From contig JAUVXW010000004.1 in the NCBI GenBank assembly GCA_030603385.1, positions 64,001 to 128,000 on the forward strand: a stretch of DNA of 64,000 bases, given 5' to 3'. The position numbers were made by a program, and so were the translations under genes. This stretch comes from Promethearchaeota archaeon (GTDB taxonomy: Archaea; Asgardarchaeota; Lokiarchaeia; Sigyniarchaeales; SOKP01). Of the stretch, positions 1 through 9,735 are shown piece by piece (the first letter of the stretch is position 1; each line of letters opens with the position of its first letter). The notes below the pieces were generated by a model that saw only the letters and a list, made by a program, of their open reading frames with translations, ran no database searches and was not told the origin of the DNA.

Positions 1-1150
1 TTTTCTTTACTTTTTTTGTAAGGGAAGGTTTTTCTCCGATTGCTAGTTGCAATAGTTCAATTATATGATACACTTTCAGCTTCCTTGGATATAATTTTTT
101 ATTTGCAGTAAATGTTGCTAAGCATCCAGCACAATAAACACACACTGCTTCAGCTTTAGATTTTCTAAATTCTTTAAAATTTCTAATAGTTACTCCTCTT
201 ATTTTAAAGGGTTGATATGAAGAATCCACAGAAAAGCCAGCACCTATTCCACAACATCGCATGTTTTCTCTGCATGCTTCAACTTCTACTATTTTAACCC
301 CAATTGCGTTGAGGATTCTCCTCGGTAAATCCATATATTCTTCACCAAACATTTTGGCATAACATGAATCTTGGATTGTTACAGATATGTTTAGTTTATT
401 TTTGATTACAATATTACCACTTTCAATTTCTTCCCATAGATATTGAATATAAGATTTAATCTCTTCAAACTTATACGTAAGACCATAACGCGGTAAAACA
501 TTCTTGAAGACATTTGTTCCTGCAGTACATAAAACTAATAATTTCTTCGGATTTAGTATTTTAAACCATTTATCTAATCTTTTTGCTACTTGAAATAATT
601 CATCTCGATATCCTGTACGAAATAATGTCTCACCGCAACAATACTCTAAACGCCCTCTTATATCTAATTCTTTAAAAAAACTTGTTTGAGTTAATTCTGC
701 GAATGTGATAATATTACAACCCGGATAAGTTAATGTATCACCTTTTAACGGTTTCAAGGATACCCATTCTTTAACTAATTCTTTTGTCTTCTTCGGGAGG
801 CGTTCCATAACATAAGATCGAAAATTTGGATAATGGGGATATAGAGTCATATAATATTTTCCCCTTTTCCTCAATCCTTCATTTTTATATTGCTCATTCC
901 ATCTTTGTAAAATCAAGCTTGTAGGATGAGCATTTTCAGGGCAATAGAAATTACATGAAAAGCAACTTTGACATTCAGTTAAAACTTTGTTGGTTTTCTC
1001 TCCTTTAATTAGTTTTGTTATTTCATCAATTGATTCATCTTTAGAAAGACTCATTACTGGACATTTGCTAAAACAATCTCCACATAAAGTACAAACATTT
1101 CTATTAAATGGTGAGAAAAACTCAATCCCCACAGGTTCAATATTAGTCAT
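1..1150 (-). CDS. (Fe-S)-binding oxidoreductase, HdrD/GlpC-like with CCG domains (3' end runs off the window)
   Basis: Manual translation from ATG 1150: CTLCGDCFSKCP and CQSCFSCNFYCP ferredoxin motifs, then YPGC, YCCG, IQDSC, RCCG and CAGC CCG-domain motifs. Open to the window edge. Confidence 0.85.
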   Translation of the reverse strand, partial: MTNIEPVGIEFFSPFNRNVCTLCGDCFSKCPVMSLSKDESIDEITKLIKGEKTNKVLTECQSCFSCNFYCPENAHPTSLILQRWNEQYKNEGLRKRGKYYMTLYPHYPNFRSYVMERLPKKTKELVKEWVSLKPLKGDTLTYPGCNIITFAELTQTSFFKELDIRGRLEYCCGETLFRTGYRDELFQVAKRLDKWFKILNPKKLLVLCTAGTNVFKNVLPRYGLTYKFEEIKSYIQYLWEEIESGNIVIKNKLNISVTIQDSCYAKMFGEEYMDLPRRILNAIGVKIVEVEACRENMRCCGIGAGFSVDSSYQPFKIRGVTIRNFKEFRKSKAEAVCVYCAGCLATFTANKKLYPRKLKVYHIIELLQLAIGEKPSLTKKVKK

Positions 1151-1211
1151 ATAATAATAACCAAAGTAAGAAATTATTAAAGATTAATCGTAAAAGCATG
1201 ATTAAAGGAAG

Positions 1212-2462
1212 TCATGGAAAGATACCTCTTAAATCAAAAGCTTTAGCAATCCGGGATACAGCGATAATGTAAGCCGCAGTACGAAGTTGAATCTTTCGTT
1301 CTTCATACACTTTATATACATCTTCAAATGCTTCTAATAGAATTCTTTTAAGTTCCTTATTAATTCTATCTAAATCCCAAAAATAAGCACGAATATCTTG
1401 GACATACTCAAAATATGAGACACAAACGCCACCAGCATTTGCAAGAATATCAGGAATCACATGTATCCCCTTATCAAATAAAATACGATCTGCATCAGGT
1501 GTAGTTGGACCATTAGCGCCTTCTAATATGATTTTGCAATTAATATCATTTGCATTTTCTTTTGTAATTTGATTTTCAATAGCCGCTGGTATTAAGACAT
1601 CGCATTCTGTTGTTAATAATTCAGAGTTGGTAATAAGTTTATACCTATCGTCATCATAATCTTTCAAATAATTACCTTCCCGTGTCCATTCTAATAATTT
1701 ATCGATTTGTAATCCTTCAGAATGATAAAGCCCACCAGATATATCTGAAACAGCTAAAATTTTACAACCCCGTTCATATAACAAACTAGCAATCCAACCA
1801 CCAACATTACCAAATCCCTGAATAACAATAGTTTGTGATTCTAGTTTGCAACTTAATTTTTCACACATAGCATCAATTACAAAGTATAACCCCATTCCTG
1901 TAGCTGAATTTCTACCTACTGATCCTCCAATTTCTATTGGTTTTCCTGTCACAACTCCAGGTACTGACCTCCCCTTATTCATACTGTAGGTATCCATGAT
2001 CCAGGCCATGATTTGTGCATTTGTGTTAACATCTGGCGCAGGTATATCAATATCAGGCCCGATAATATTTATTATCCCCGTTGTAAATCTTCTAGTAAGT
2101 TTTTCTAATTCTTTTCTTGATAATTCTCGAGGATTCACACATATTCCTCCTTTAGCTCCACCTAATGGTAATTTCAAAAGACTACACTTCCAAGTCATCC
2201 ATGTGGCTAATGCTTTGACTTCATCGAGATTAACATTAGGAGCAAACCTTAGACCCCCCTTTCCTGGACCTCGCACAGTTGAGTGGTGAACTCGATAACC
2301 TTCAAAAATTTGAAGTGAACCATCATCCATCATTATAGGAATAGATACTATTAGAGCTCTTTCAATTCTTTTAAGATATTTAGTTATATTTGGATCCAAT
2401 CCCATTTCTTTTGCCACTATATCAATTTGTTTTTTTGCTATTTCAAATGGATTTAATTCCAA
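1212..2462 (-). CDS. gdhA: Glu/Leu/Phe/Val dehydrogenase (glutamate dehydrogenase)
   Basis: GPGKGGLRF, MTWK, GGAKGG, PAPDVNT, QGFGNVG, EGANGP and NAGGVCVSY motifs. Confidence 0.93.
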   Translation of the reverse strand: MELNPFEIAKKQIDIVAKEMGLDPNITKYLKRIERALIVSIPIMMDDGSLQIFEGYRVHHSTVRGPGKGGLRFAPNVNLDEVKALATWMTWKCSLLKLPLGGAKGGICVNPRELSRKELEKLTRRFTTGIINIIGPDIDIPAPDVNTNAQIMAWIMDTYSMNKGRSVPGVVTGKPIEIGGSVGRNSATGMGLYFVIDAMCEKLSCKLESQTIVIQGFGNVGGWIASLLYERGCKILAVSDISGGLYHSEGLQIDKLLEWTREGNYLKDYDDDRYKLITNSELLTTECDVLIPAAIENQITKENANDINCKIILEGANGPTTPDADRILFDKGIHVIPDILANAGGVCVSYFEYVQDIRAYFWDLDRINKELKRILLEAFEDVYKVYEERKIQLRTAAYIIAVSRIAKAFDLRGIFP

Positions 2463-2511
2463 GTTTTTACACCTTCGATATTTTCTTTTCTTAAAATATA
2501 ATTTTTTGGTT

Positions 2512-3765
2512 TCATGGAAATAACCCTCTTAATTCATGAGCTCTAGCTAATCTTTCTCCTCCTATTGCATATGCTGCAGTACGGTACGTTATATCTTTTT
2601 CGCTTGATAAATTTAAAACAAACTCAAATGCTCTAAGTAAAATTCTTCTCATTTCACTATTAACTCTTTCAAGATTCCAAAAATATGAATGAATATCTTG
2701 AATATATTCAAAATACGAAACACATAAACCACCAGCATTTGCAAGAATATCTGGAATGATAATTATTCCTTTTTCATTCAATATTATATCTGCTTGAGAG
2801 GTTGTAGGGCTATTTGCACCTTCTAATATCATCTTACAATCAATATCGTCAGCATTACCACTAAAAATCTGATTTTCTGTTGCTGCTGGAATAAGAATAT
2901 CACATTTTGTACCAAATAATGCCTCGTTTGTAATGATTTCGACTTTATTCCCTTTATAATCTTTTAAAGATTTGCCTTGTTGTTTCCAACTAATCAGCTT
3001 ATTAATGTTTAAACCTTTATCAGAATGAATCCCTCCCTCTGAATCGGTGATAGCAATTATTTTACAACCAACATCACTTAAAATCTGGGCAACTACACTC
3101 CCTACTTTTCCAAAGCCTTGAATTGCTACTTTACTTGAGGTTAAACTGATATTTTGTCTTTCACATAAAGATTGAAGAATATAATACATTCCAGTTCCAG
3201 GTGCTTCTGTACGTCCCACTGTCCCCCCAATCTCAATTGGTTTTCCAGTTACAACACCAGGAATAGATCTACCTTTATTCATCGAATATGTATCCATAAT
3301 CCAAGCCATCTCGCGCTCTCCAGTGTTCATATCCGGAGCGAGAATATCAATATCAGGTCCAATCATGGTAAGAATTTCGGAAGTATATCTTCTCGTAAGT
3401 TTTCTCAGTTCATCGGTAGATAACTTCTTCCTATCAACACAAATTCCTCCTTTCGATCCTCCTAAAGGTAATTCTAACAAGCTTGTTTTAAACGTCATCA
3501 AAAAGGCTAATGCTTTTATTTCATCTAAAGTTACATCTGGAGAATATCTCAAGCCGCCTTTCGCAGGCCCACGTAAGGTTGAATGATGCACTCTATATCC
3601 TTCAAAAATTTCAAGTGAACCATCATCCATAACGACAGGCATGGACACAATTAAAGATCGTTCTACTTTTTTTAAATATTCAAGAGTGTTAGGCTTTAAA
3701 TCAATTACTTCAGCTGCAATGTCGAGTTTTTTTTTCGCACTTTCAAAAGGGTTAATATCTAACAA
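2512..3765 (-). CDS. Glu/Leu/Phe/Val dehydrogenase, second tandem paralog
   Basis: GPAKGGLRY, MTFK, GGSKGG, APDMNT, QGFGKVG and NAGGLCVSY. Colinear with the downstream paralog. Confidence 0.9.
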   Translation of the reverse strand: MLDINPFESAKKKLDIAAEVIDLKPNTLEYLKKVERSLIVSMPVVMDDGSLEIFEGYRVHHSTLRGPAKGGLRYSPDVTLDEIKALAFLMTFKTSLLELPLGGSKGGICVDRKKLSTDELRKLTRRYTSEILTMIGPDIDILAPDMNTGEREMAWIMDTYSMNKGRSIPGVVTGKPIEIGGTVGRTEAPGTGMYYILQSLCERQNISLTSSKVAIQGFGKVGSVVAQILSDVGCKIIAITDSEGGIHSDKGLNINKLISWKQQGKSLKDYKGNKVEIITNEALFGTKCDILIPAATENQIFSGNADDIDCKMILEGANSPTTSQADIILNEKGIIIIPDILANAGGLCVSYFEYIQDIHSYFWNLERVNSEMRRILLRAFEFVLNLSSEKDITYRTAAYAIGGERLARAHELRGLFP

Positions 3766-3921
3766 TTTCTATCACTTTGAAATTGTAATTTTAAGATAAT
3801 CTAATTAATACTTATTGTATAATATAATTTTTTCTAAAGTATATATCTTTAATAAAGGGTCTTAATAGAAGTAGTAAAAACGATATTAGAATAGGTAGAG
3901 TTTCAATGTAGTGTATTCAAT

Positions 3922-4071
3922 TTAGAAATGCTTAGTATTGCAATTTTCACATTCAATTTCTTCGAAATCTTCCAAGTCACTACGATAAATTATAATTCTA
4001 CCACTACCTCCACATAATTCACATTTTCCAATGGTTATAGTAGTTATTGTTTTTTCTTGTAAGCTCATCAT
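3922..4071 (-). CDS. 49-aa zinc-finger microprotein (CxxC...CxxC)
   Basis: Manual translation MMSLQEKTITTITIGKCELCGGSGRIIIYRSDLEDFEEIECENCNTKHF*. Below the ORF-track cutoff. Confidence 0.6.
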   Translation of the reverse strand: MMSLQEKTITTITIGKCELCGGSGRIIIYRSDLEDFEEIECENCNTKHF

Positions 4072-4287
4072 ATTATCAAGTAAAATTAAGTATTTTTAAA
4101 TATACATAAATGGAAAATTATAAATATAAAATATTAAATATATTCGATATTATTTGGACAAGTTCTCTAAAACAAGCCAAGTCATTGAAATCAAAGATAG
4201 TCTTTCCTTAGAAGACTTAATTAATGATATATTCATCAAATCTCCTTAATTAGGGAATCATATATAAAAGTAGTCTTAATTATAAAG

Positions 4288-5334
4288 CTAAAGGTTTATA
4301 AGACAATATTGAACAAATTTTAAAGGTTCATTAGCACACCCACCAGAGTCCAAACCCCCCAATTGATCAATTATCTTTTGAGGTATCACGTTATCTGCAA
4401 TCCATAAATCCTTTAAATTAACTAAAGATTCTAACCCTTTAATTTGAATTATTTTATTTTGACCTAAATCGAGTGTTTCTAATTTTGTAAGCGGTTCTAG
4501 TCCCTTAATTTCACCTATATTATTTTCTGAGAGAAAAAGGTTCTCTATATTTGTTAGAGAATATAAACCTTTAATATGGTTTATCTGGTTCTGTTTTAAA
4601 TTTAAGATTTGTAATTCCGTGCTGTTATCTAATCCCCTAATTTCTGAAATCTGGTTTGAATTTAACCATAGTGTCTCCAAATTTTCTAATGGCTCAAGAT
4701 TTTTTATTTCTTGAATTGAATTATTATTAAGATAAAGGCTTTTTAAATTATTTAGATTTTCAAATCCCTCTATGCTTGATATTTGATTTCCTGCTATATT
4801 TAGCACTTCTAAATTCTTTAGATTTTCTAGGTTTTCGATTTTTTGTAATTGATTTCCTGCAACCCACAATACTTCAAGATTACTCAAATTATCAAGCCCA
4901 CTGATTTTTGAGATGTTATTCCAAGATAAATCTAATCTCTGAAGAGATGTAAGATTTTCTAAACCTTTTAATTCTTCAATTTGGTTTCCCCTAAGATATA
5001 ATTCTTTCAAATTAGGTAAATTCTCTAATCCCTTGATTTCTTTTATTTCGTTGCTGATTAAATGTAAGATTTCGAGATTCTCCAGTTTGTCTAACCCTTT
5101 TATTTCTCTTATTTTATTACTCCCTAAATTTAGAATCTCCAATTCTGTTAGATTATCTAATCCTCTAATTATAACAATTTCATTAGAGCTAAGTTCAAGA
5201 TTATTCAAACCTTTAACGTTGTCTAAACCAATAATTTCCTCAATATCTTTGATTTCAAGAAGCCCTAAATCAAGGAAGCCATTTACTATTTCGAATTTAG
5301 TACCAGCCCATTGAACAGATTTCATTAATTTCAC
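4288..5334 (-). CDS. Leucine-rich repeat protein (Sds22-like 22-aa LRRs)
   Basis: About 12 repeats of LxxLxLxxNxIxxIxGLxxLxx. Confidence 0.93.
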   Translation of the reverse strand: MKLMKSVQWAGTKFEIVNGFLDLGLLEIKDIEEIIGLDNVKGLNNLELSSNEIVIIRGLDNLTELEILNLGSNKIREIKGLDKLENLEILHLISNEIKEIKGLENLPNLKELYLRGNQIEELKGLENLTSLQRLDLSWNNISKISGLDNLSNLEVLWVAGNQLQKIENLENLKNLEVLNIAGNQISSIEGFENLNNLKSLYLNNNSIQEIKNLEPLENLETLWLNSNQISEIRGLDNSTELQILNLKQNQINHIKGLYSLTNIENLFLSENNIGEIKGLEPLTKLETLDLGQNKIIQIKGLESLVNLKDLWIADNVIPQKIIDQLGGLDSGGCANEPLKFVQYCLINL

Positions 5335-5523
5335 TTAATTTGATGTAGTTAGATGATCGTAATATGTAATATCATTAATTAGATTAAATTATAAATTAAT
5401 TATAAAAGCCTTTTAATTTATTTATTTTCTTTATGAAAAACTTATTAAAAGTATAACTGAAATTTTACATTTTTCTAATTTATAACAAGAACTTATTAAA
5501 AATCTATTTATGATAGTTAAAGT

Positions 5524-5676
5524 ATGAATGCTATTGTTTGTAAAGAATGTGGATATTCATTCGAGAATAAGGAACCGGGTAAACATTTTTGCCCTAATTG
5601 CTCAAAAGAAATGAAGTTTTACAAGTTCGAAGCTTTTTGTGGCGCAAAACCAAACGAACTTCATGAGATAAATTAA
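5524..5676 (+). CDS. 50-aa zinc-ribbon microprotein, copy 1
   Basis: MNAIVCKECGYSFENKEPGKHFCPNCSKEMKFYKFEAFCGAKPNELHEIN*. Paralogous to the next ORF. Confidence 0.75.
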   Translation: MNAIVCKECGYSFENKEPGKHFCPNCSKEMKFYKFEAFCGAKPNELHEIN

Positions 5677-5703
5677 ATAATAATCCATAATTGTTTTTAT
5701 TAT

Positions 5704-5862
5704 ATGTCATTGTTTTACGCAGTATGTAAGGAATGTGGTTTTAGTTATAAGAATAAAGAACCAGGTAATTATTTTTGCCCTAATTGTAATAAAGAGAAGA
5801 AATTCTTAAAACTGGAATTGTTTGATGGTGTCAAACCTTCAGAAATCCATGAAAATGATTAA
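5704..5862 (+). CDS. 52-aa zinc-ribbon microprotein, copy 2
   Basis: MSLFYAVCKECGFSYKNKEPGNYFCPNCNKEKKFLKLELFDGVKPSEIHEND*. Protein-level conservation with copy 1. Confidence 0.75.
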   Translation: MSLFYAVCKECGFSYKNKEPGNYFCPNCNKEKKFLKLELFDGVKPSEIHEND

Positions 5863-5900
5863 AAGTTAAAATTTTAAGTTTGCATACATTTTTACTCTTC

Positions 5901-6608
5901 ATGGTAAGAGCTTTATATATGGATGATTCCTATCTTAAAAGTTGGAATGCAAAAATTACTAGTGTGAAAGATGGAAAATTTATTATTCTTGATCAAACTG
6001 CATTCTACCCTAAAGGAGGCGGACAAAATTGGGATGAAGGCTATATAATTAAAGATGATGAAAAATTTAGAGTTGTTTACGTTGGTAAATTTTCTGGTGA
6101 AATTAGCCATGAAGTCGATAAGTCTGGATTAAAAGAAGGTAATGAAGTTTCTTGTGAGCTAGATTGGGAGCGAAGATATGCTTATATGCGATATCATACT
6201 GCTTCTCATCTTATCTCAAACATTCTTTACAGAAGAGCTGATGCTAAAATTACAGGTAATCAAATCGAACTAGACAAAACAAGAATGGATTTCTCTATGA
6301 TTGATTATTCACCTGAAAAATTAAAAGCTTATGTAGATGAAGCCAACGAAATTATAGAACAAAATCTGCCCATTACTGTAGATTACATGTCAAGACAAGA
6401 TGTTTTAGGAAAACCAGAATTAGCTCGCTTAGCTGTAGGATTACCCAAAAATATCAAAGAATTTCGTATTGTTAGAATAGGAGATATCGACGAACAAGTA
6501 GACGGTGGTACTCATATCAATCATTTAAAAGAAATCGGTAAAATTGAAGTAATTAAAACTGTAAACAAAGGTAAAAATAATCGACGTATGTATTTTATAC
6601 TTAAGTAA
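5901..6608 (+). CDS. alaXM: Alanyl-tRNA editing protein AlaX-M
   Basis: LDQTAFYPKGGGQ, HTASH, DGGTH, KGKNNRRMY. The ATG at 5901 is preferred over the track's upstream start. Confidence 0.88.
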   Translation: MVRALYMDDSYLKSWNAKITSVKDGKFIILDQTAFYPKGGGQNWDEGYIIKDDEKFRVVYVGKFSGEISHEVDKSGLKEGNEVSCELDWERRYAYMRYHTASHLISNILYRRADAKITGNQIELDKTRMDFSMIDYSPEKLKAYVDEANEIIEQNLPITVDYMSRQDVLGKPELARLAVGLPKNIKEFRIVRIGDIDEQVDGGTHINHLKEIGKIEVIKTVNKGKNNRRMYFILK

Positions 6609-6735
6609 AAGAAACTTTTTTTCTAAAATTTGAAACTAGATTTTTTAATGAAATGTAAGATTTATAATCAGAAAAAATCTAATAATTCTAATTGCATGAT
6701 TTTTTTAAAAAATAAAAATCACAAGGGATTTTAAA

Positions 6736-8565
6736 ATGTTAGAAATGGCAAAAGCTGATAAATCTAATCTCATCAATGTTGAAGAGTTTAATAAAAGATT
6801 TCAAGAATGGGTTAAAAACCATGCTGAACTCATCCAAGAAATTGGGAAAATTTTTGAAGAAAATAAAATTTCATGGGGATCCATTCTTGAACAAAATGCT
6901 CAAAAATACCCTAATAATCCCGCTATTAAATTTGAAGATACTATTCTTACTTATAAAGAATTTAATGACAAGGTTAACCAGTATGCGAATTATTTTATCT
7001 CTTTAGGTTTGAAAAGAGGTGATGTCGTAAAGGTTTTAATAAAGAACCGCATTGAATTATTGCTGGTTTATACCGCTAATGCTAAAATCGGAGTAATATC
7101 TTCAATGATCAATACTGATCTTCGCAAAAAAACCCTAGTGTATAGTTTAAACCTAACACCTGGCAAGATTGTTGTAATTGGTGAAGAATGTTTTAATGCT
7201 TTTAATAAAATTAAGTCTGATGTCAATTTATCAGATGCCAAACAACTCTGTTTTATAAATGATAGTGGGGACATGAACCTTCCTGATGAATTCATTGACC
7301 TTCCGCAAACTGTAATGGATTTCCCTGTAGAGAATCCACCAACTACAATTGATGTTAAGACTTCAGATGTTATTGCTTATATATTTACTTCCGGTACGAC
7401 GGGCTTACCTAAAGCAGCACTTTTAACACATTATAGAGTAATTGCTGCGGGTTCTGTTTTTGGGAGAATGATCGCAGATTTTTCTTCTGATGATACTATG
7501 TATATTCCACTACCTTTTTTTCACGGTACAGCTCTAATGACGGGATGGCCATCCATCTTTATTTATGGAGGTGCTTTAGCTTTAGCCCGTAAATTCAGCG
7601 TTAGTCTCTTCTGGGAAGATGTTCGTAAATTTAATGCGACTGGCTTTAATTATGTTGGAGAAATATGTCGCTATCTAATGAATCAACCTTCTAAACCAGA
7701 TGATTCAAATAATCCTGTTAGAGTAGTGATTGGGAATGGTCTCCGTCCAGAAATTTGGCTAGATTTTAAAAAACGATTTAAGATCCCTTTTATTGGAGAA
7801 TTTTATGGGTCATCAGAAGGAAACGGAGCATTTGCTAATGTATTAAATTTTGATTGTACATGTGGATATTCTGCTGGCGGTTATGCCATTGTAAGGTACG
7901 ATCTTGAGGAAGATAAACCCATTAGAAACACGAGAGGATTTATGAGAAAAGTACGTAGAGGTGAAGTTGGCTTAGCTCTATTCGAAAGTACGGAAACAAG
8001 CAAATTTAGGGGGTATACTGATAAAAATGCAACTGAAGCGAAGCTGTATCATAATGTTTTTAAAGAAGGAGATGAATGGTTTAATTCAGGCGATTTAATG
8101 CGGAATCAAGGATGTAGTCATGCCCAATTTGTTGATCGTCTCGGAGATACTTTCCGATGGAAGGGACATAATGTTTCAACTACTGAAATAGAACAAATCC
8201 TTAATATATTTGATCAGATCTCAATGTCATCTGTTTATGGGGTTAAAATACCATTGGTAGATGGACGAGCAGGAATGGCAGCAATTGTTCTCTCATCCAT
8301 CGTTAATGAATTTGATTTCAAGGAACTAGCAAGGCTTTTTAATGATAATCTTGCCCCATATGCCATACCAATTTTTCTCAGATTTAAGTCAGATCTCTCA
8401 ATAACGTACACTTTTAAACTTAAAAAAGGAAAACTCAAAGAAGAAGGCTTCGACCCTCAACATATTGAAGATACCCTATATGTTATGCTACCAAACGAGT
8501 CAGAATACATACCTATGACGAAAGATATCTATAAGAACATTCAGAACCAGAAATATAACTTTTAA
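6736..8565 (+). CDS. Long/very-long-chain acyl-CoA synthetase (FATP/VLACS family)
   Basis: YIFTSGTTGLPKAA, EFYGSSEG, WFNSGDL, FVDRLGDTFRWKGHNVSTTE. Confidence 0.92.
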   Translation: MLEMAKADKSNLINVEEFNKRFQEWVKNHAELIQEIGKIFEENKISWGSILEQNAQKYPNNPAIKFEDTILTYKEFNDKVNQYANYFISLGLKRGDVVKVLIKNRIELLLVYTANAKIGVISSMINTDLRKKTLVYSLNLTPGKIVVIGEECFNAFNKIKSDVNLSDAKQLCFINDSGDMNLPDEFIDLPQTVMDFPVENPPTTIDVKTSDVIAYIFTSGTTGLPKAALLTHYRVIAAGSVFGRMIADFSSDDTMYIPLPFFHGTALMTGWPSIFIYGGALALARKFSVSLFWEDVRKFNATGFNYVGEICRYLMNQPSKPDDSNNPVRVVIGNGLRPEIWLDFKKRFKIPFIGEFYGSSEGNGAFANVLNFDCTCGYSAGGYAIVRYDLEEDKPIRNTRGFMRKVRRGEVGLALFESTETSKFRGYTDKNATEAKLYHNVFKEGDEWFNSGDLMRNQGCSHAQFVDRLGDTFRWKGHNVSTTEIEQILNIFDQISMSSVYGVKIPLVDGRAGMAAIVLSSIVNEFDFKELARLFNDNLAPYAIPIFLRFKSDLSITYTFKLKKGKLKEEGFDPQHIEDTLYVMLPNESEYIPMTKDIYKNIQNQKYNF

Positions 8566-8599
8566 AGAGGATAATATTTTAAAACTATATAAAATTTAA

Positions 8600-9573
8600 C
8601 TATATGTTAAAACCATCATCAAAATCATCATAATCTTCAAGGTCAAACCTTTTCCTTTCTTCTTCTTTCTTTTCTCTTTTAAGTTCTTTACGATCCTTAC
8701 GAGTAAGCTCATCTTTTCGTTTAACATAAATTTGTTCATATCTTTCTCTCAAAGCCTCAACATCTTCAACATGACCAATTTTGTCTTCCAATCCATCTTC
8801 AAAGAAAAAGTTCCGTTTGAATTTCTTAGCAGGAACACCCACATATATATAGTTTTTTTCTAAAACTTGTCCAACCGTCGTTACAGAATTAGCTGCTAAA
8901 ATACAATTATGCCCAATTTGAGTGCCTGGCATAACTATTGCGTGTGAACCAATCCTGACCTCATCTTCAATCACTGTCTTCCGTATTATCAACAAATTGC
9001 CTACGATTACAGCAGATTGGATGATTGCACCTTGTCCAACCACTACATCTTTTCCAAAATCTATAAATTCTGTATCAACCCATCCTTCGAACAAACTGTT
9101 CGAGATTTTAGTTTTTACTCCAAACATTTTGAAACAGACATTATCTAAAAATCCAGGGAAAGGGAATCTATGAGCAAGCCAGATTGGCCACCTTTTTATA
9201 GTATTCCGTAAACTCCAGTATCGGTAATCTTTATCTTCTGGAATTCTTAGGAAAACCCCTTCTCGAGGCTTATGAATTGCATTAACAATAAGTAGCAATA
9301 TTTTAGCAAAAATAATTGCTGAAAAAACAAGAGTTATATACATCAGAAATGCTAAAAGTGGTAGAAACGTGTAAAAATGAACGGGTCTTGCATAATTCCA
9401 TAAAAGTTGCCAATACACCCATAATTCCACGAGTATTGGTAATATACTTATCCAAATAAGAAAAATATAAAAAATCAAATAACGTTTCTTTACCAATACC
9501 GTCGGCGTGAATGGCCTTGTGTGAAAATGCGAATCGCATCTTACTCTACACGCATTGTATTTGGAACCGACAT
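8600..9573 (-). CDS. Membrane protein with left-handed beta-helix (hexapeptide) domain, type C. Intron-containing: exon 1 9573-9546, exon 2 9516-8600, 314 aa after splicing
   Basis: ATG 9573 has a GGAG SD. The spliced N-terminus MSVPNTMRVGPFTPTVLVKKRY aligns gap-free to paralog 27879 (MSVPASLNVGPNTTLTLVKKRY). Two TM helices and hexapeptide repeats (IEDEVRIGSHAIVMPGTQIG). Confidence 0.85.
9517..9545 (-). other. Putative 29-nt BHB-type mRNA intron
   Basis: Minus strand AATGC GTGT[AG^A]GT AAGATGCG ATT CGCATTTT C ACAC[AA^G]GCCATT. It has a 4-bp central helix, two 3-nt bulges and an 8-bp inner stem, contains an in-frame TAA, and its excision restores frame and a Gly codon. Confidence 0.8.
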
Positions 9574-9735
9574 TACTCTTCTCCTTTAACTTACTTATTT
9601 CTGTTTCTTTTTTACTACTTTTTTATTTAATTATTTAATAACTATAGATATTTACTAATATATCTTATTAACTAAAAATAAATCTTATAAATTATAAAAT
9701 CTACTTATAGTTAAAATTAGAAGTCCTCATTTTTG

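Noticed and set aside
9303-9539. 78-aa track ORF MRFAFSHK...
   Set aside because: It starts inside the putative intron and overlaps the real gene out of frame.
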